A DNA stretch of 64,000 nt from an uncultured Eubacteriaceae bacterium (GTDB taxonomy: Bacteria; Bacillota; Clostridia; Eubacteriales; UBA1433). The notes under the pieces were generated by a model. That model ran no database searches. It saw only the letters and a program-made list of their open reading frames with translations, and was not told the DNA's origin. Numbering within the stretch: the stretch's first letter is position 1; each line of letters starts with the position of its first letter. The stretch lies in the NCBI GenBank assembly GCA_964581565.1, contig CAZOOZ010000009.1, positions 16,145 to 80,144 of the forward strand, in the 5' to 3' direction. The translations under genes and the position numbers were made by a program. Shown here piece by piece: positions 1 through 11,590 of the stretch.

Positions 1-1528
1 ATTTTTCTTCTGCAATATAACCATCAACTTCAATAGTTTCCATTCTGTCCAGCAAAGGCTCGGGAATAGCGGAAAGTGAATTTGCTGTTGTGACAAACAT
101 AACGTTTGACAAATCAAAAGGCACTTCTAAGTAATTATCCGTGAAAGTTGAATTTTGCTCAGGATCCAATGCTTCAAGCAGAGCAGAGGCAGGGTCGCCC
201 CTGAAATCTTTGGCTAATTTATCAATTTCGTCAAGCAAAAATAATGGATTGTTGGTCCCTGCTTGCTTGATTCCTGTAATAATTCTTCCTGGCATTGAGC
301 CTATGTATGTGCGCCTGTGACCTCTTATTTCCGCCTCGTCCCGAAGGCCGCCCAGACTCATTCGTATGTATTTTCTTCCTGTCGCATGTGCGATAGATTT
401 TGCAATAGATGTTTTGCCGACTCCGGGAGGACCCACCAAACATAAAATGGGACTTTTAAGTGATTTGGCAAGTGTAATGACTGACAGATATTCAAGCACG
501 CGTTCTTTGACTTTATCCATTGCATAATGATCTGATTGCAATATTTGTTTTGCTTCTTTTATATCTGTCATTTCAGGGGTAGAAGTGTTCCAGGGAAGCT
601 CCAGAATGGTTTCGATATATGTTTGCACTACACCGGCTTCCGAAGAACCAAGCGGTATCATTTCAAGACGTTTAATTTCTTTTTCAATTTTTTCGGCAGT
701 TTCCTGACTTAAATTAAGTTCCTGCAATTTTTGTTTGTATTCTTCTGCTATATTGTCAGAGCTTCGTTCTCCCAGTTCTTCCTGCAATACCCTGATTTGC
801 TCGCTAATAAATGCGGATTTTTGCATTTCATCCAAGTTTGATTTTACTTTGCGCATGATTTTAAGCTCAAGATTAAGTAAATTAATCTCTTTAGATATTT
901 TTTCATTTAAAACATCTAATCGTTTATTGACATTTTCTTCACCAAGTAAATATTGAGCATCTTCATCCTCAAAAGGAATATTGGCACAAATAACATCAAT
1001 CAGCTCATGTGCGTTTTTAATGGTCTGCACTTTCAGCACGATTTCTTTTGATATAAGATTGCCTTTGATTTGTGCATATTCATGAAACAGTTTTTTGGCG
1101 ATTCGCATGCTTACATCAGTTTCGGTCGTGTTTTCGTAATCGGTATTTATAGGGTTTGCTTCAACTACAAAATATGGGTCTGTTTGTACATACTTTTCAA
1201 TACGTCCTCTGTCTGTGATGTCGACCATGACACGGACTAAATTTCCGTGTAACTTTCCCATTTGTTTGATTTTTGCATAAACGCCGTAAGGGCGAATATC
1301 TTTTTCCTCGGGCATTTCAACATCGCTTTCATATTGGGCGGAAAGAAACAATATGCGATCTCCTTCCATCGCATTCTCTAAAGCAAGTATCGATTTTGTT
1401 CGGGATATATCAAAATAAGCTTCCGTGCCCGGAAGAAAATTAATTCCGCGAATGCTAATCAATGGCAATTGATTATTTTTGTCTTCTATTTTTCTATCAA
1501 GATCTTTTTTTAATATGTTAATTTTCAC
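1..1528 (-). CDS. lon: ATP-dependent Lon protease (LonA type), N-terminal ~509 codons; the gene continues beyond the window start
   Basis: Absent from the ORF track because it runs off the edge. Minus-strand translation from GTG at 1528 (AAGGA upstream) reads VKINILKKDLDRK..LPLISIRGINFLPG (Lon N-domain). In the same frame it gives LVGPPGVGKTSIAKSIA (Walker A, near 433) and LFLLDEIDKL (Walker B). Confidence 0.9.
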   Translation of the reverse strand, partial: MKINILKKDLDRKIEDKNNQLPLISIRGINFLPGTEAYFDISRTKSILALENAMEGDRILFLSAQYESDVEMPEEKDIRPYGVYAKIKQMGKLHGNLVRVMVDITDRGRIEKYVQTDPYFVVEANPINTDYENTTETDVSMRIAKKLFHEYAQIKGNLISKEIVLKVQTIKNAHELIDVICANIPFEDEDAQYLLGEENVNKRLDVLNEKISKEINLLNLELKIMRKVKSNLDEMQKSAFISEQIRVLQEELGERSSDNIAEEYKQKLQELNLSQETAEKIEKEIKRLEMIPLGSSEAGVVQTYIETILELPWNTSTPEMTDIKEAKQILQSDHYAMDKVKERVLEYLSVITLAKSLKSPILCLVGPPGVGKTSIAKSIAHATGRKYIRMSLGGLRDEAEIRGHRRTYIGSMPGRIITGIKQAGTNNPLFLLDEIDKLAKDFRGDPASALLEALDPEQNSTFTDNYLEVPFDLSNVMFVTTANSLSAIPEPLLDRMETIEVDGYIAEEK

Positions 1529-1764
1529 TTAGTTCATCCTTTTAAATATAATTGGGTTATAGTTTTTTTATATTATAACATTAAGTCGTATTTTTACAAT
1601 ATACAAAAATTTAGCAATATTTTAAAGCAATTACGCATCATTTCCTTGATATAAGTAAATAACGAAGAAAAACCATTATATAAGCATTTATTTTAAAATT
1701 CAATATTATCATAGATTTATATCGTAAGAAATTTATAGTTTAAATTGTGGAAGAGAGAATATTT

Positions 1765-1773
1765 TGATATAAT
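1765..1773 (+). promoter_or_regulatory. Candidate sigma-A promoter for lepA (TGnTATAAT extended -10; TTGTGG sits 17 nt upstream)
   Basis: tttTGaTATAATaaa lies about 40 nt upstream of the lepA ATG, with TTGtgg at 1745-1750. Motif match only, in AT-rich DNA. Confidence 0.4.
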
Positions 1774-1812
1774 AAATCAAATATTTTCTATAATAATAAG
1801 TGGAGTTATTTT

Positions 1813-3618
1813 ATGGCCGACATTCAAAACAGAATCAGAAATTTTAGTATTATTGCCCATATAGATCATGGTAAAAGCACATTGGCCGACAGGCTTATTG
1901 AAGCAACCGGATTAATATCCCAAAGGGATATGGTAAATCAAATTTTGGACACCATGGAGCTTGAACGTGAGAGAGGAATCACTATCAAGCTTCAGACTGT
2001 ACGGCTTACTTATCGTGCCAAAGATGGGTGTGAATATTATTTGAATTTAATTGATACACCCGGACATGTGGATTTTACTTATGAAGTATCCCGTTCGTTG
2101 GCTGCTTGTGAGGGTGCTGTCCTCGTGGTTGATGCCTCACAAGGTGTTGAGGCACAAACGATGGCAAATGTATATTTGGCACTGGAAAATAATTTGGAGA
2201 TTGTACCGGTTTTAAATAAAATTGATCTGCCCAGCGCGGAACCGGAAAGAGTATTAAAGGAAATCGAGGAAGTGATAGGCCTGGATACCGAGAATACGCC
2301 TTTGGTCAGCGCAAAAGAAGGTAAAAACATAGAAGATGTGCTTGAGGCGGTTGTGACGCGTATTCCTGCCCCTAAAGGGGATGCGTCAAGCCCGTTGAAA
2401 GCACTTATTTTCGATTCATACTATGACAGTTACAGAGGCGTTATAGTATCTATTAGAGTTGTGGATGGGCAGGTAAAAGCCAAAGACAGAATAAAAATGA
2501 TGGCAACGGGCAAATGTTTTGAAGTTGATGAAGTAGGTCTGTTTCTAAATGGACTGCATCCGACCAATACACTGTGTGCGGGCGAAGTTGGCTACCTGAC
2601 GGCAAGCATCAAGAATATAGGAGATACTGCTGTAGGGGATACGGTTACGCATGAAAAAAATGCGGCGGTAACCCCATTGCCCGGATACAAAAAAGTAAAC
2701 TCAATGGTTTACTGCGGCATTTATCCGATTGACGGTGCCCGTTATGATGATCTAAAAGATGCACTCGGCAAGCTGAATTTAAATGATGCATCACTTTTAT
2801 ACCAGCCCGAAACATCTGCAGTGCTTGGATTTGGATTCAGATGCGGATTTTTGGGACTTTTGCATATGGAAATTATTCAGCAAAGGCTTGAGAGAGAATT
2901 TAAGCTCGATATTGTTGCTACGGTTCCAAGTGTTGTTTATCATGTGATTTTAACAGACGGAACAATGATAGATGTCGATAATCCCACCAACATGCCTGCG
3001 GCTGTTCGGATTGATTACATGGAAGAGCCGATTGCCAGCGCCACAATGATGTTGCCGGTTGAATATGTCGGTTCAATTATGGAGCTATGCCAATCTCGGC
3101 GAGGTATTTATTTAGGCATGCATTATATGGATGAGACACGCGTCGTGCTTGATTATGAGTTGCCCCTCAACGAAATCATATATGATTTTTTTGATGCCTT
3201 AAAATCTCGAACAAAAGGGTATGCGTCTTTAGATTATCAAATAAAAAATTATAGGAAAAGTGACCTTGTAAAGCTTGATATATTACTAAACGGTGAAATT
3301 GTAGATGCCCTTTCATTTATTGTGCATAAGGAAAAAGCATATGAGAGAGGAAGAAAGATTGCCGAAAAACTGAAAAATGAAATACCGCGTCAAATGTTTG
3401 AAATACCTATTCAGGCTGCAATCGGGGGGAAAATCATAGCACGCGAGACAGTGAAAGCCATGAGAAAAGATGTGTTGTCGAAGTGCTATGGCGGTGATAT
3501 CAGCAGAAAAAGGAAACTTTTAGAAAAACAAAAAGAAGGTAAAAAGAAAATGCGACAAATTGGAAAGGTTCAAGTGCCTCAGGAAGCTTTTTTGTCGGTT
3601 CTTAAATTAGACGAATGA
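1813..3618 (+). CDS. lepA: Elongation factor 4 (LepA)
   Basis: 601-aa ORF with GTPase motifs [17 protein letters not shown] and NKID, a LepA-type C-terminal region, and RBS GTGGAG. Confidence 0.97.
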   Translation: MADIQNRIRNFSIIAHIDHGKSTLADRLIEATGLISQRDMVNQILDTMELERERGITIKLQTVRLTYRAKDGCEYYLNLIDTPGHVDFTYEVSRSLAACEGAVLVVDASQGVEAQTMANVYLALENNLEIVPVLNKIDLPSAEPERVLKEIEEVIGLDTENTPLVSAKEGKNIEDVLEAVVTRIPAPKGDASSPLKALIFDSYYDSYRGVIVSIRVVDGQVKAKDRIKMMATGKCFEVDEVGLFLNGLHPTNTLCAGEVGYLTASIKNIGDTAVGDTVTHEKNAAVTPLPGYKKVNSMVYCGIYPIDGARYDDLKDALGKLNLNDASLLYQPETSAVLGFGFRCGFLGLLHMEIIQQRLEREFKLDIVATVPSVVYHVILTDGTMIDVDNPTNMPAAVRIDYMEEPIASATMMLPVEYVGSIMELCQSRRGIYLGMHYMDETRVVLDYELPLNEIIYDFFDALKSRTKGYASLDYQIKNYRKSDLVKLDILLNGEIVDALSFIVHKEKAYERGRKIAEKLKNEIPRQMFEIPIQAAIGGKIIARETVKAMRKDVLSKCYGGDISRKRKLLEKQKEGKKKMRQIGKVQVPQEAFLSVLKLDE

Positions 3619-4763
3619 AAAAAATATCTCTTTATGTTCACATACCTTTTTGCAAAAAAAAATGTCTTTATTGCGACTTCGTATCTTTTGAGAATGATCA
3701 CAAAAATATAGCTCCGTATTTTTCCGCTCTATATAAAGAAATTAAAGCATATAAAACAATTCTTTATGAAGAATATACGATCGATACGGTATTTATCGGA
3801 GGCGGCACACCGAACTTTGTAGAAGTTGAATATATCGAAAAATTAATGAAAGTCATCTTTGATACATTTGAAGTGGATGTGAATGCTGAAATAAGTATGG
3901 AAGTTAATCCTTGCTGCCGCAGCGGCAGAGAAGATTTTATAAGATATAAGAAAGCGGGTATTAACAGGCTCAGCATAGGGCTCCAATCGGCAAGTGACGA
4001 TATGTTAAAACAAATAGGAAGGCAACATAGCTTGCTTGATTTTGAAAATACATTTCAGGCAGCGAGAGAGGCGGGGTTTGCGAATATCAACATTGATTTG
4101 ATTTTTGGTTTTTATAATCAAGATATCAATGAATTTAGAGAGAGTGTCCGTTATGTTATTCAAACAGGCTGTGAACATGTGTCATGCTACTCGTTAAAGG
4201 TAGAAGAAGATACTCCGCTTTATGAACAATATATGGATGAAGGCATCGACATTGGAGATGCGGATTATGAAGATAGGCAAATGTATAGCCTTGCTTGCCA
4301 AATGCTGGAGCATTATGGATACAAGCAATATGAATTATCCAACTATGCGAAAGAAGGCTATGAATGCAGGCACAATTTAAATTACTGGGATACAAAAGAA
4401 TATATCGGCTTTGGGCTTGCCGCACATTCTTATAAAGATAATGCCAGGTTTTATAATACATCAGATATGGAAGAGTATCTGCAAGAAATTGACACAAACA
4501 ACAGCGCGATTGAAGATATCGAACAACTTGATAAAGCAAAACAGGAAGAAGAATTTATCATTATGGCACTTCGGAAAGCAGATGGCATTGAATATGGTGA
4601 ATTCAAGAGGCGATTTGGGGAAGACTTTTTAATAAAATATAGTAAAGAAGTAAATTATTTAAGCGAATCGGAGCTTTTGATAGTGGACAGCAGCAATGCA
4701 TATTTAAGCGCAGAAGGAAAAAACTTTGCAAATATTACGATGATGGAATTTATTTCTAAATAA
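3615..4763 (+). CDS. hemW: Radical SAM heme chaperone HemW (HemN-like, oxygen-independent coproporphyrinogen oxidase family)
   Basis: N-terminal [14 protein letters not shown] (CxxxCxxC). ATGA overlap with lepA. Conserved lepA-hemW-hrcA synteny. Confidence 0.9.
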   Translation: MKKISLYVHIPFCKKKCLYCDFVSFENDHKNIAPYFSALYKEIKAYKTILYEEYTIDTVFIGGGTPNFVEVEYIEKLMKVIFDTFEVDVNAEISMEVNPCCRSGREDFIRYKKAGINRLSIGLQSASDDMLKQIGRQHSLLDFENTFQAAREAGFANINIDLIFGFYNQDINEFRESVRYVIQTGCEHVSCYSLKVEEDTPLYEQYMDEGIDIGDADYEDRQMYSLACQMLEHYGYKQYELSNYAKEGYECRHNLNYWDTKEYIGFGLAAHSYKDNARFYNTSDMEEYLQEIDTNNSAIEDIEQLDKAKQEEEFIIMALRKADGIEYGEFKRRFGEDFLIKYSKEVNYLSESELLIVDSSNAYLSAEGKNFANITMMEFISK

Positions 4764-4801
4764 TGTAAAAATATTATTGACAAATTTTGTAATTGATGTT
4801 A

Positions 4802-4810
4802 TGTTATAAT
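4802..4810 (+). promoter_or_regulatory. Extended -10 promoter element (TGtTATAAT) of the hrcA-grpE-dnaK-dnaJ operon
   Basis: TGTTATAAT lies immediately upstream of the CIRCE operator. A TTGACA at 4777-4782 is too far away (22-nt spacer), so the promoter probably relies on the TG extension. Confidence 0.6.
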
Positions 4811-4814
4811 TGTG

Positions 4815-4841
4815 TTAGCACTCAAAGCAATAGAGTGCTAA
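4815..4841 (+). promoter_or_regulatory. CIRCE operator (HrcA binding site)
   Basis: TTAGCACTC-aaagcaata-GAGTGCTAA is a perfect match to the CIRCE consensus TTAGCACTC-N9-GAGTGCTAA. It lies 24 nt upstream of the hrcA ATG. Confidence 0.97.
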
Positions 4842-4864
4842 CAAAACTACAAGGGGTGAAGTAC

Positions 4865-5893
4865 ATGGCATTAGATGAAAGGAAACTAAAAATATTAGAT
4901 GCTATTGTAAAAGAATATATAAAAACAGCAGAACCTGTGGGTTCTCGTACTTTGTCCAAAAATCCTACCATGAATATGAGCCCCGCTACAATCAGAAACG
5001 AAATGGCGGACTTGGAAGAAATGGGGTATTTGTTTCAGCCGCACACATCGGCAGGAAGAGTGCCGTCGGAAAAAGCTTACAGACTTTATGTAGATCAATT
5101 GATGAGAATTATTGATTTAGGTAATATTTTACAGGATGAAATAAAGTCGGCGTACAATAGATATATTAATGAATTTTCAAAAATAATCGAATATACGGCG
5201 CAGCTTTTATCAAGCATTACAAACTATACGTCTTTTGGAATGACACCTCAGACAAAATATTTGAATTGTAAATATATCAGGCTTATTCCGATTGATGAGA
5301 AAAGGATACTTATGGTTATCGTGACAAAAGAAAAAATTGTCAGAAACTATAATATTACGCTTCAACATGATGCAACGGATGAGCAACTTGAAAAAATTAA
5401 TAATGTTTTAAATATTTGTTTAAAAGATATCTCACTCAGTGAATTAAATAATCATATTGTTGAAAAAATGGATTCACTGTCGCTTGAAGAAATAAAGCTT
5501 TTAGAAGAAATAATTCCGTTGCTGAGGGAAGTACTCATAGAGCAAGACATACAAAAAGTTTATGCAGACGGAATGGATAAGATATTCAACTTTCCTGAGT
5601 TTTTTGATATTGATCGGGCAAAACGTTTTATTGAAACTTTGAATCAACAAAATATCCTCGCCAACATATTAGAAGAAAATACAAAAGATTTAAATATTCA
5701 AATCGGTGAGGAAAATACTGTTCAGGCTTTTAAGGATTGCAGTTTGATTACTGCAACTTATAAGATAAATGGAAAGCCGATAGGGACATTTGGAGTTGTG
5801 GGACCGACCAGAATGAATTATGACTATGTAGTATCGGTGCTAAACTTTTTAAGAGAGGAGCTGAATGCGCAAATTATTAAGAATATTATGTAA
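4865..5893 (+). CDS. hrcA: Heat-inducible transcription repressor HrcA
   Basis: The ORF track frame starts at 4793, but that start runs through the promoter and CIRCE. The ATG at 4865 has RBS AAGGGGTGA and gives MALDERKLKILDAIVKEYIKTAEPVGSR (winged-helix HrcA N-terminus). The gene is first in the dnaK operon. Confidence 0.95.
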   Translation: MALDERKLKILDAIVKEYIKTAEPVGSRTLSKNPTMNMSPATIRNEMADLEEMGYLFQPHTSAGRVPSEKAYRLYVDQLMRIIDLGNILQDEIKSAYNRYINEFSKIIEYTAQLLSSITNYTSFGMTPQTKYLNCKYIRLIPIDEKRILMVIVTKEKIVRNYNITLQHDATDEQLEKINNVLNICLKDISLSELNNHIVEKMDSLSLEEIKLLEEIIPLLREVLIEQDIQKVYADGMDKIFNFPEFFDIDRAKRFIETLNQQNILANILEENTKDLNIQIGEENTVQAFKDCSLITATYKINGKPIGTFGVVGPTRMNYDYVVSVLNFLREELNAQIIKNIM

Positions 5894-5911
5894 TAAGCGC
5901 ATATGTGTTAA

Positions 5912-6472
5912 ATGGAAAAAGGCGAAAATTATGAAAAAGAAATGCAATTAAATGAAAATGAATGCAACGAAGGCAATAAAGAAACAAGTAAATTGCATAA
6001 AAAAGAATCCAAAGTTAAAAAAGAAGATGAAAAACTTTTAAAAATTGAAAATGAAAAAAAAGAATTATATGATAAGTACTTACGACTAAGAGCGGATTTT
6101 GACAACTATAAAAAAAGGTCAGAAAAAGAAAAAAGTGATATTTACACAAGATCTTTAGAGGAAATTTTTGCAAAACTGTTACCTATCGTAGATAACTTTG
6201 AACGAGCACTGACAAGCGAAAACGAGCAGACCGGTGCGTTTGTTGAAGGAATGAGAATGGTATATTCTCAACTTATGGAATTACTGAGTTCGGAAGGTCT
6301 TACGATAATTGAAGCAGAAAACAAAGCTTTTGACCCGCAATTCCATCATGCAGTTATAACGGAGTGCAATGAAGAAAAAGATGATAACACAGTTCTTATG
6401 GTGCTTCAAAACGGGTACATGTTAAAAGACAGGATTATAAGACCCGCTATGGTTAAAGTAAACAAACTATAG
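5912..6472 (+). CDS. grpE: Nucleotide exchange factor GrpE
   Basis: LRLRADFDNYKKR motif, Lys/Glu-rich N-terminus, and a position between hrcA and dnaK. Confidence 0.95.
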   Translation: MEKGENYEKEMQLNENECNEGNKETSKLHKKESKVKKEDEKLLKIENEKKELYDKYLRLRADFDNYKKRSEKEKSDIYTRSLEEIFAKLLPIVDNFERALTSENEQTGAFVEGMRMVYSQLMELLSSEGLTIIEAENKAFDPQFHHAVITECNEEKDDNTVLMVLQNGYMLKDRIIRPAMVKVNKL

Positions 6473-6505
6473 ATAAAATCAGAAAATAGAAAAGGAGATT
6501 AAAAT

Positions 6506-8353
6506 ATGAGTAAAGAAAAAATAATAGGAATTGACTTAGGTACGACGAATTCATGTGTGGCAGTACTCGAAGGCGGCGAACCTGTAATTATACCAAATTC
6601 TGAAGGAGCAAGGACAACCCCATCTGTTGTCGCTTTTACAAAGAATGGCGAAAGACTGGTTGGGCAAACAGCAAGGCGTCAGGCAGTTACAAATCCTGAC
6701 AGGACCATTGTTTCCATCAAAAGACATATGGGCAGTGACTATACGGTAAAGATTGATAACAAATCATATACACCGCAAGAAATTTCCGCAATGATATTAC
6801 AAAAACTAAAAGTAGATGCAGAAAGCTATTTAGGTGAAAAAGTAACGAAAGCCGTTATTACAGTACCGGCATATTTTTCCGATAGTCAAAGGCAAGCAAC
6901 AAAAGATGCCGGCAAAATCGCAGGGCTTGAAGTACTGAGAATTATTAACGAACCCACTGCGGCTGCATTAGCTTATGGGCTTGAGCGCGAAGGTAACCAG
7001 AAAATTATGGTATATGATTTGGGTGGCGGCACATTCGACGTAAGCATATTGGAGCTTGGAGACGGCGTGTTTGAAGTTTTGGCGACAAACGGTAACAACA
7101 GACTAGGCGGCGATGATTTCGATGAAAGATTAATCAACTATATGGCAGAAGAATTCAAAAAAGAAAACAGCATTGACTTGAGAAGCGATAAAATGGCACT
7201 TCAAAGATTGAAGGAAGCAGCTGAAAAAGCAAAAATAGAACTCTCATCCATCACAACAGCAAACGTGAATCTGCCGTTTATTACAGCAACCGCAGAAGGC
7301 CCGAGACACTTGGACATGACAATTTCAAGAGCAAAATTTGAAGAACTGACACATGATTTGGTTGATAAAACAGTGCAGCCAGTAAAATTGGCAATTGAAG
7401 ATGCGGGATTAAAAACATCGGAAATAGATAAAGTTATCTTAGTCGGTGGATCGACGAGAATACCTGCCGTTCAAGAAGCCGTAAAACGTATTACGGGTAA
7501 AGATGCCTATAAAGGCATCAATCCTGATGAATGCGTTGCTTTGGGGGCGGCAATCCAAGGCGGGGTTTTAGCTGGGGATGTAACGGATGTTTTACTGTTA
7601 GATGTAACACCGCTTTCACTTGGAATTGAAACGTTGGGTGGTGTATTTACAAAGCTAATCGAGAGAAATACAACAATACCAACAAAGAAAAGCCAAGTAT
7701 TCTCAACTGCGGCAGACAGTCAGACAGCCGTTGATATCCATGTGCTCCAAGGTGAGCGAAGTATGGCCGGTGCCAATAAGACCCTGGGTCGTTTCCAACT
7801 GACGGGTATCCCTCCGGCTCCGAGAGGCGTGCCACAAATTGAAGTTACGTTTGACATTGATGCGAACGGCATAGTAAATGTTTCAGCAAAGGACCTCGGA
7901 ACAGGCAAGAGTCAAAATGTAGTTATTCAATCAAGCTCGAATATGAGTAAAGAAGAAATAGATAAAGCGGTGAAAGAAGCAGAACGCTTTGCTGAAGACG
8001 ATAAGAAAAAGCAAGAAGAAATTGACGTAAAAAATAATGCGGATTCAATAATTTATCAAACAGAAAAAGCGTTGAAAGATCTTGCCGATAAAGTAAGCGA
8101 AAGCGAAAAACAATCTATTGAAGAAAAAATTGCGGCTCTGAAAAATATTATGGAGTCAAGTGATATAGAAGCAATTAAAAAAGCAACAGAAGAACTCAGT
8201 GAAGCTTTCTATCCAATTGCGCAAAAAATGTATCAGCAAACAGAACAGGCACAAGCAGGAGCGCAAGGAGCCGCAGATGAGGCTGACGCCGAAAAATCAG
8301 CTGATGACGATGTTGTCGATGCTGATTATGAAGTAGTCGATGATGACAAATAA
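6506..8353 (+). CDS. dnaK: Molecular chaperone DnaK (Hsp70)
   Basis: [20 protein letters not shown] and [10 protein letters not shown] signatures over 615 aa. RBS AAGGAG. Confidence 0.99.
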   Translation: MSKEKIIGIDLGTTNSCVAVLEGGEPVIIPNSEGARTTPSVVAFTKNGERLVGQTARRQAVTNPDRTIVSIKRHMGSDYTVKIDNKSYTPQEISAMILQKLKVDAESYLGEKVTKAVITVPAYFSDSQRQATKDAGKIAGLEVLRIINEPTAAALAYGLEREGNQKIMVYDLGGGTFDVSILELGDGVFEVLATNGNNRLGGDDFDERLINYMAEEFKKENSIDLRSDKMALQRLKEAAEKAKIELSSITTANVNLPFITATAEGPRHLDMTISRAKFEELTHDLVDKTVQPVKLAIEDAGLKTSEIDKVILVGGSTRIPAVQEAVKRITGKDAYKGINPDECVALGAAIQGGVLAGDVTDVLLLDVTPLSLGIETLGGVFTKLIERNTTIPTKKSQVFSTAADSQTAVDIHVLQGERSMAGANKTLGRFQLTGIPPAPRGVPQIEVTFDIDANGIVNVSAKDLGTGKSQNVVIQSSSNMSKEEIDKAVKEAERFAEDDKKKQEEIDVKNNADSIIYQTEKALKDLADKVSESEKQSIEEKIAALKNIMESSDIEAIKKATEELSEAFYPIAQKMYQQTEQAQAGAQGAADEADAEKSADDDVVDADYEVVDDDK

Positions 8354-8375
8354 ATTTTTCTCTATAAAAAGCAAA

Positions 8376-8403
8376 ATAGAAAGCCTTTAAAAAGGCTTTC
8401 TAT
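8376..8403 (+). terminator. Hairpin after dnaK (probable partial terminator or attenuator before dnaJ)
   Basis: atagaaagccttt / aaaggctttctat inverted repeat 23 nt after the dnaK stop. It is followed by only a short T run. Confidence 0.55.
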
Positions 8404-8463
8404 TTGCAGTTTAATTTTAGAATTTATTTTAATTTTATATAGAAACATTCAAAGGAGGGCACG

Positions 8464-9588
8464 ATGAGTAAAAGGGATTATTATGAGGTTTTGGGTGTAA
8501 ACAAAAGTGCAACTGCAGAAGAAATAAAAAAAGCATACAGGAAAAAAGCATTGGAATATCATCCGGACAAAAATCCCGGGGATAAAGCTGCCGAAGAAAA
8601 ATTTAAAGAGGCCGGCGAAGCATATGAAATATTAAGTGATGAAAAAAAACGGGCGGCCTATGATCAATATGGTCACGATGGAGTAAATCCAAATACCGGC
8701 GGTTTTGGCGGCGGAGGTTTCAGTGGTACGGGATTTGGCGGTTTTGAAGATATATTTGACATATTCGGAAGCTTTGGTGGGTTCAACACAGGGGGCAGAC
8801 GCGGACCTAAAAAAGGCAGAGACATAAGAGTCAATTTAAGGATAAGTTTTGAAGAAGCGGCGTTTGGCTGTGAAAAAACTGTTAAAATTACAAGAAATGA
8901 AAAGTGTTCTGAATGTGGCGGCAGCGGAGCTGCAAAAGGAAGCAGCAGAAAAACATGCAGTATGTGTGGCGGCACCGGGCAAGTGAAAAATGTCCAGCAA
9001 ACACCATTTGGCGCGTTTCAGAGTGTAAAGACTTGTGAGATGTGCGGCGGCACAGGAAGCATTGTCGAAAAACCGTGTCCTACATGCAAAGGTACCGGAT
9101 TTGAAAGAAGAACAAAAACACTGACAATTAATATTCCGGCAGGTGTCGATAATGACACAGTGCTACCATTAAGGGGAGAAGGCGAAGCCGGAGAACGCGG
9201 AGCCGAGAACGGGGACGTGTATATTTATATTACTGTTAAGCCTCATGAATATTATGAAAGAGACGGTAAAGACATATATTTGGAAGTGCCTATTACTTAT
9301 GCACAAGCCGCATTGGGATATGACTTAATGGTTCCGACATTATATGGCAAAGTAAAGCTGAAAATTCCTGAAGGCACCCAGCCAAATCAAAAATTCAGGA
9401 TCAAAGGCAAGGGAGTTACTTCTCTTCGAGGATTTGGAAAAGGTGATATGTTTGTTACGGTAAAGTTGGAAGTACCAAAAAAATTAAACAGTGTACAGAA
9501 AAAAGCCCTGAAAAATTATGACACTCTTGCAGGAGAAGAAGTACATGAGATTGGCAAAGCGTTCTGGGATAGAATAAATAAAGTATAA
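8464..9588 (+). CDS. dnaJ: Co-chaperone DnaJ (Hsp40)
   Basis: J-domain with HPDKN, a G/F-rich region, and four CxxCxGxG zinc-finger repeats ([32 protein letters not shown]). Confidence 0.98.
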   Translation: MSKRDYYEVLGVNKSATAEEIKKAYRKKALEYHPDKNPGDKAAEEKFKEAGEAYEILSDEKKRAAYDQYGHDGVNPNTGGFGGGGFSGTGFGGFEDIFDIFGSFGGFNTGGRRGPKKGRDIRVNLRISFEEAAFGCEKTVKITRNEKCSECGGSGAAKGSSRKTCSMCGGTGQVKNVQQTPFGAFQSVKTCEMCGGTGSIVEKPCPTCKGTGFERRTKTLTINIPAGVDNDTVLPLRGEGEAGERGAENGDVYIYITVKPHEYYERDGKDIYLEVPITYAQAALGYDLMVPTLYGKVKLKIPEGTQPNQKFRIKGKGVTSLRGFGKGDMFVTVKLEVPKKLNSVQKKALKNYDTLAGEEVHEIGKAFWDRINKV

Positions 9589-9589
9589 T

Positions 9590-9628
9590 AAAAAGGCTGT
9601 TTTAAAGAATTCTTTAAACAGCTTTTTT
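9590..9628. terminator. Bidirectional rho-independent terminator between convergent dnaJ and maf
   Basis: gctgttt(t)aaag-aatt-ctttaaacagc hairpin flanked by an A-run upstream and TTTTTT downstream. Confidence 0.8.
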
Positions 9629-9630
9629 AG

Positions 9631-10218
9631 TTATAAAATATAGATATCAAATTCTTTTAATAAATCGTATAACAAACTTATTGGCAGTCCGACAACATTG
9701 TAAAAACATCCTTCGATTCTGTTTATAAAAACACTTCCGAGTCCTTGTATACCGTAAGCACCGGCTTTGTCAAAAGGCTCGCCCGATGCAATATAGGCAG
9801 AAATCTCTGCTTGTGTTATGTTTTTAAACGTAACTTTGGTCTTTTTACTTTTATAAATAGCTTTGCCTGACAATGTATCAAGAACATACACGCCTGTAAG
9901 TACTTCATGTGTCTGAGATGATAATTTTTGCAGCATATTAAAAGCCTCAATATCATCTTTTGGCTTTGTAAGTACGGTGCCGCCATGAATAACAACCGTA
10001 TCGGCTGCAATAATCAAAGCATTTAATATCGAATATTTATCAATAATAGAACAAGCCTTTTTATAAGTAATATTTTTTATATTTTCATCTATGCATAAGA
10101 GATTATCAAACTGTTCATTAGTAACAGGTTTTAAAATTTCAAAATCTAAACCAAGCATCTCCATAAGCTGCTTTCGTCTGGGGGATGCGGAGGCTAAAAT
10201 AATTTTTTTATCATTCAT
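9631..10218 (-). CDS. maf: Maf-like nucleoside triphosphate pyrophosphatase (septum formation protein Maf)
   Basis: ILASASPRRKQLM N-terminus plus AADTVV and AGAYGIQG motifs. Confidence 0.9.
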   Translation of the reverse strand: MNDKKIILASASPRRKQLMEMLGLDFEILKPVTNEQFDNLLCIDENIKNITYKKACSIIDKYSILNALIIAADTVVIHGGTVLTKPKDDIEAFNMLQKLSSQTHEVLTGVYVLDTLSGKAIYKSKKTKVTFKNITQAEISAYIASGEPFDKAGAYGIQGLGSVFINRIEGCFYNVVGLPISLLYDLLKEFDIYIL

Positions 10219-10228
10219 ATGATTTAAT

Positions 10229-10738
10229 TTAAATTTCCGCCTTTTTAATAGCTTTTTGTGCCAGAAGAGCCAACGGCAAGCCGAACACGATTCCTATAAT
10301 ATCATGTAAAATCTCCGAAGGCATAGAAGCAATCGGAACCAGCCAGTTCCCGACAATAATCGCTTCTGCGGCATAGTAACCCGCCATCTCCCAGAGACTG
10401 CATAATATGTATGCGCCGATGATTACAAAATAATTTTTTTTCTTATTATGGATTAATGATGACAATATCATAACCTGTACGAAACGTATCACAAAAGTAA
10501 ACGGAGCCCATGCAGCCCAACCCGATAAAAGGTCAAATATTGTCATACCCAGTGCAACACTGATTGCTGCATAAGGGGGCAGAAGAATATAGGCGGCGAC
10601 AAATAAAATTACACTCCCGAGATGTATAAGCCCGCCGCTTGAAGGTGCTATGGGTATATGAATATAGGTTGCAACTATTGTTAAAGCTGCAAATAAACCA
10701 CATAAAACAATATTTTTAACTTTATCTGCCTGATGCAT
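10229..10738 (-). CDS. Polytopic membrane protein resembling an ECF-transporter S component; substrate unknown
   Basis: 169 aa with about 5-6 hydrophobic helices. Size and pattern are typical of ECF S components. There is no room upstream for a riboswitch. Confidence 0.6.
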   Translation of the reverse strand: MHQADKVKNIVLCGLFAALTIVATYIHIPIAPSSGGLIHLGSVILFVAAYILLPPYAAISVALGMTIFDLLSGWAAWAPFTFVIRFVQVMILSSLIHNKKKNYFVIIGAYILCSLWEMAGYYAAEAIIVGNWLVPIASMPSEILHDIIGIVFGLPLALLAQKAIKKAEI

Positions 10739-10819
10739 ATTTCCTCCGGATTTAAGTATATTTTGTAAAATTAAATAAATATTATAGCATTTGTAAACTT
10801 TTTTTAAAAGAGTATTTGT

Positions 10820-11542
10820 TTAACATGTAATTCGTGAAAAAATTTCTCCTATACTGCCATAAAAAATATAATCTGCAATATGATCACGCTGTGTGGGGGT
10901 TTTATTGATCAATACCAATTTATTTTTTTTATAGGCATCAACCATGCCGGCTGCGGGATAGACAGATAAACTGGTGCCGCCGATAATAAGCACATCTGCA
11001 TTCGATATATATTCCATCGATTTTTGCAGCACATAAGAATTCAGCGTTTCGCCATATAGCACAATATCCGGTTTGATTATTCCGCCGCATGTGCATTTTG
11101 GTATCCCCTTGTTTTCATATATATACTGCGCGGAATATTCTTTATGGCAATTCAAGCAAAAATTGCGGTGGATGCTGCCATGTAGTTCAAATACATTTTT
11201 GCTGCCAGCTGCCTGATGAAGGCCGTCAATATTTTGTGTGATGACTGCACTGACTTTGCCGGCTTGTTCAAGTTGAGCAAGTTTTTTATGTGCTTGGTTG
11301 GGTAATGCGTCAAGTTTATATATTTTTTCTCTGTTGAATTGATAAAAATACTCAGTATGCGTATAAAAAAATTCATGGCTCAGGATTTCTTCTGCCGGGT
11401 ATTCATAGCTTTGATTATAAATACCGTGCTCACTTCGAAAATCAGGAATCCCGCTTTCGACAGAAACACCTGCGCCTCCGAAAAAGACAATATTATCAGA
11501 ACCATCAATAATTTGCTGAAGTTTACTAATATCTGTATCCAT
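10820..11542 (-). CDS. cobB: NAD-dependent protein deacylase, Sir2 family
   Basis: GAGVSVESGIPDFRS, TQNIDGLH, a zinc ribbon CLNC..CTCGG, and GTSLSVYPA. Confidence 0.93.
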   Translation of the reverse strand: MDTDISKLQQIIDGSDNIVFFGGAGVSVESGIPDFRSEHGIYNQSYEYPAEEILSHEFFYTHTEYFYQFNREKIYKLDALPNQAHKKLAQLEQAGKVSAVITQNIDGLHQAAGSKNVFELHGSIHRNFCLNCHKEYSAQYIYENKGIPKCTCGGIIKPDIVLYGETLNSYVLQKSMEYISNADVLIIGGTSLSVYPAAGMVDAYKKNKLVLINKTPTQRDHIADYIFYGSIGEIFSRITC

Positions 11543-11590
11543 TGCATACTCCTTTATAGATTTAATTATACCTATTATACTACAATAAAA

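Noticed and set aside
1529-1812. CtsR box or second CIRCE in the lon/lepA divergent region
   Set aside because: No GGTCAAA direct repeat and no TTAGCACTC inverted repeat is present. Only generic AT-rich promoter-like hexamers occur.
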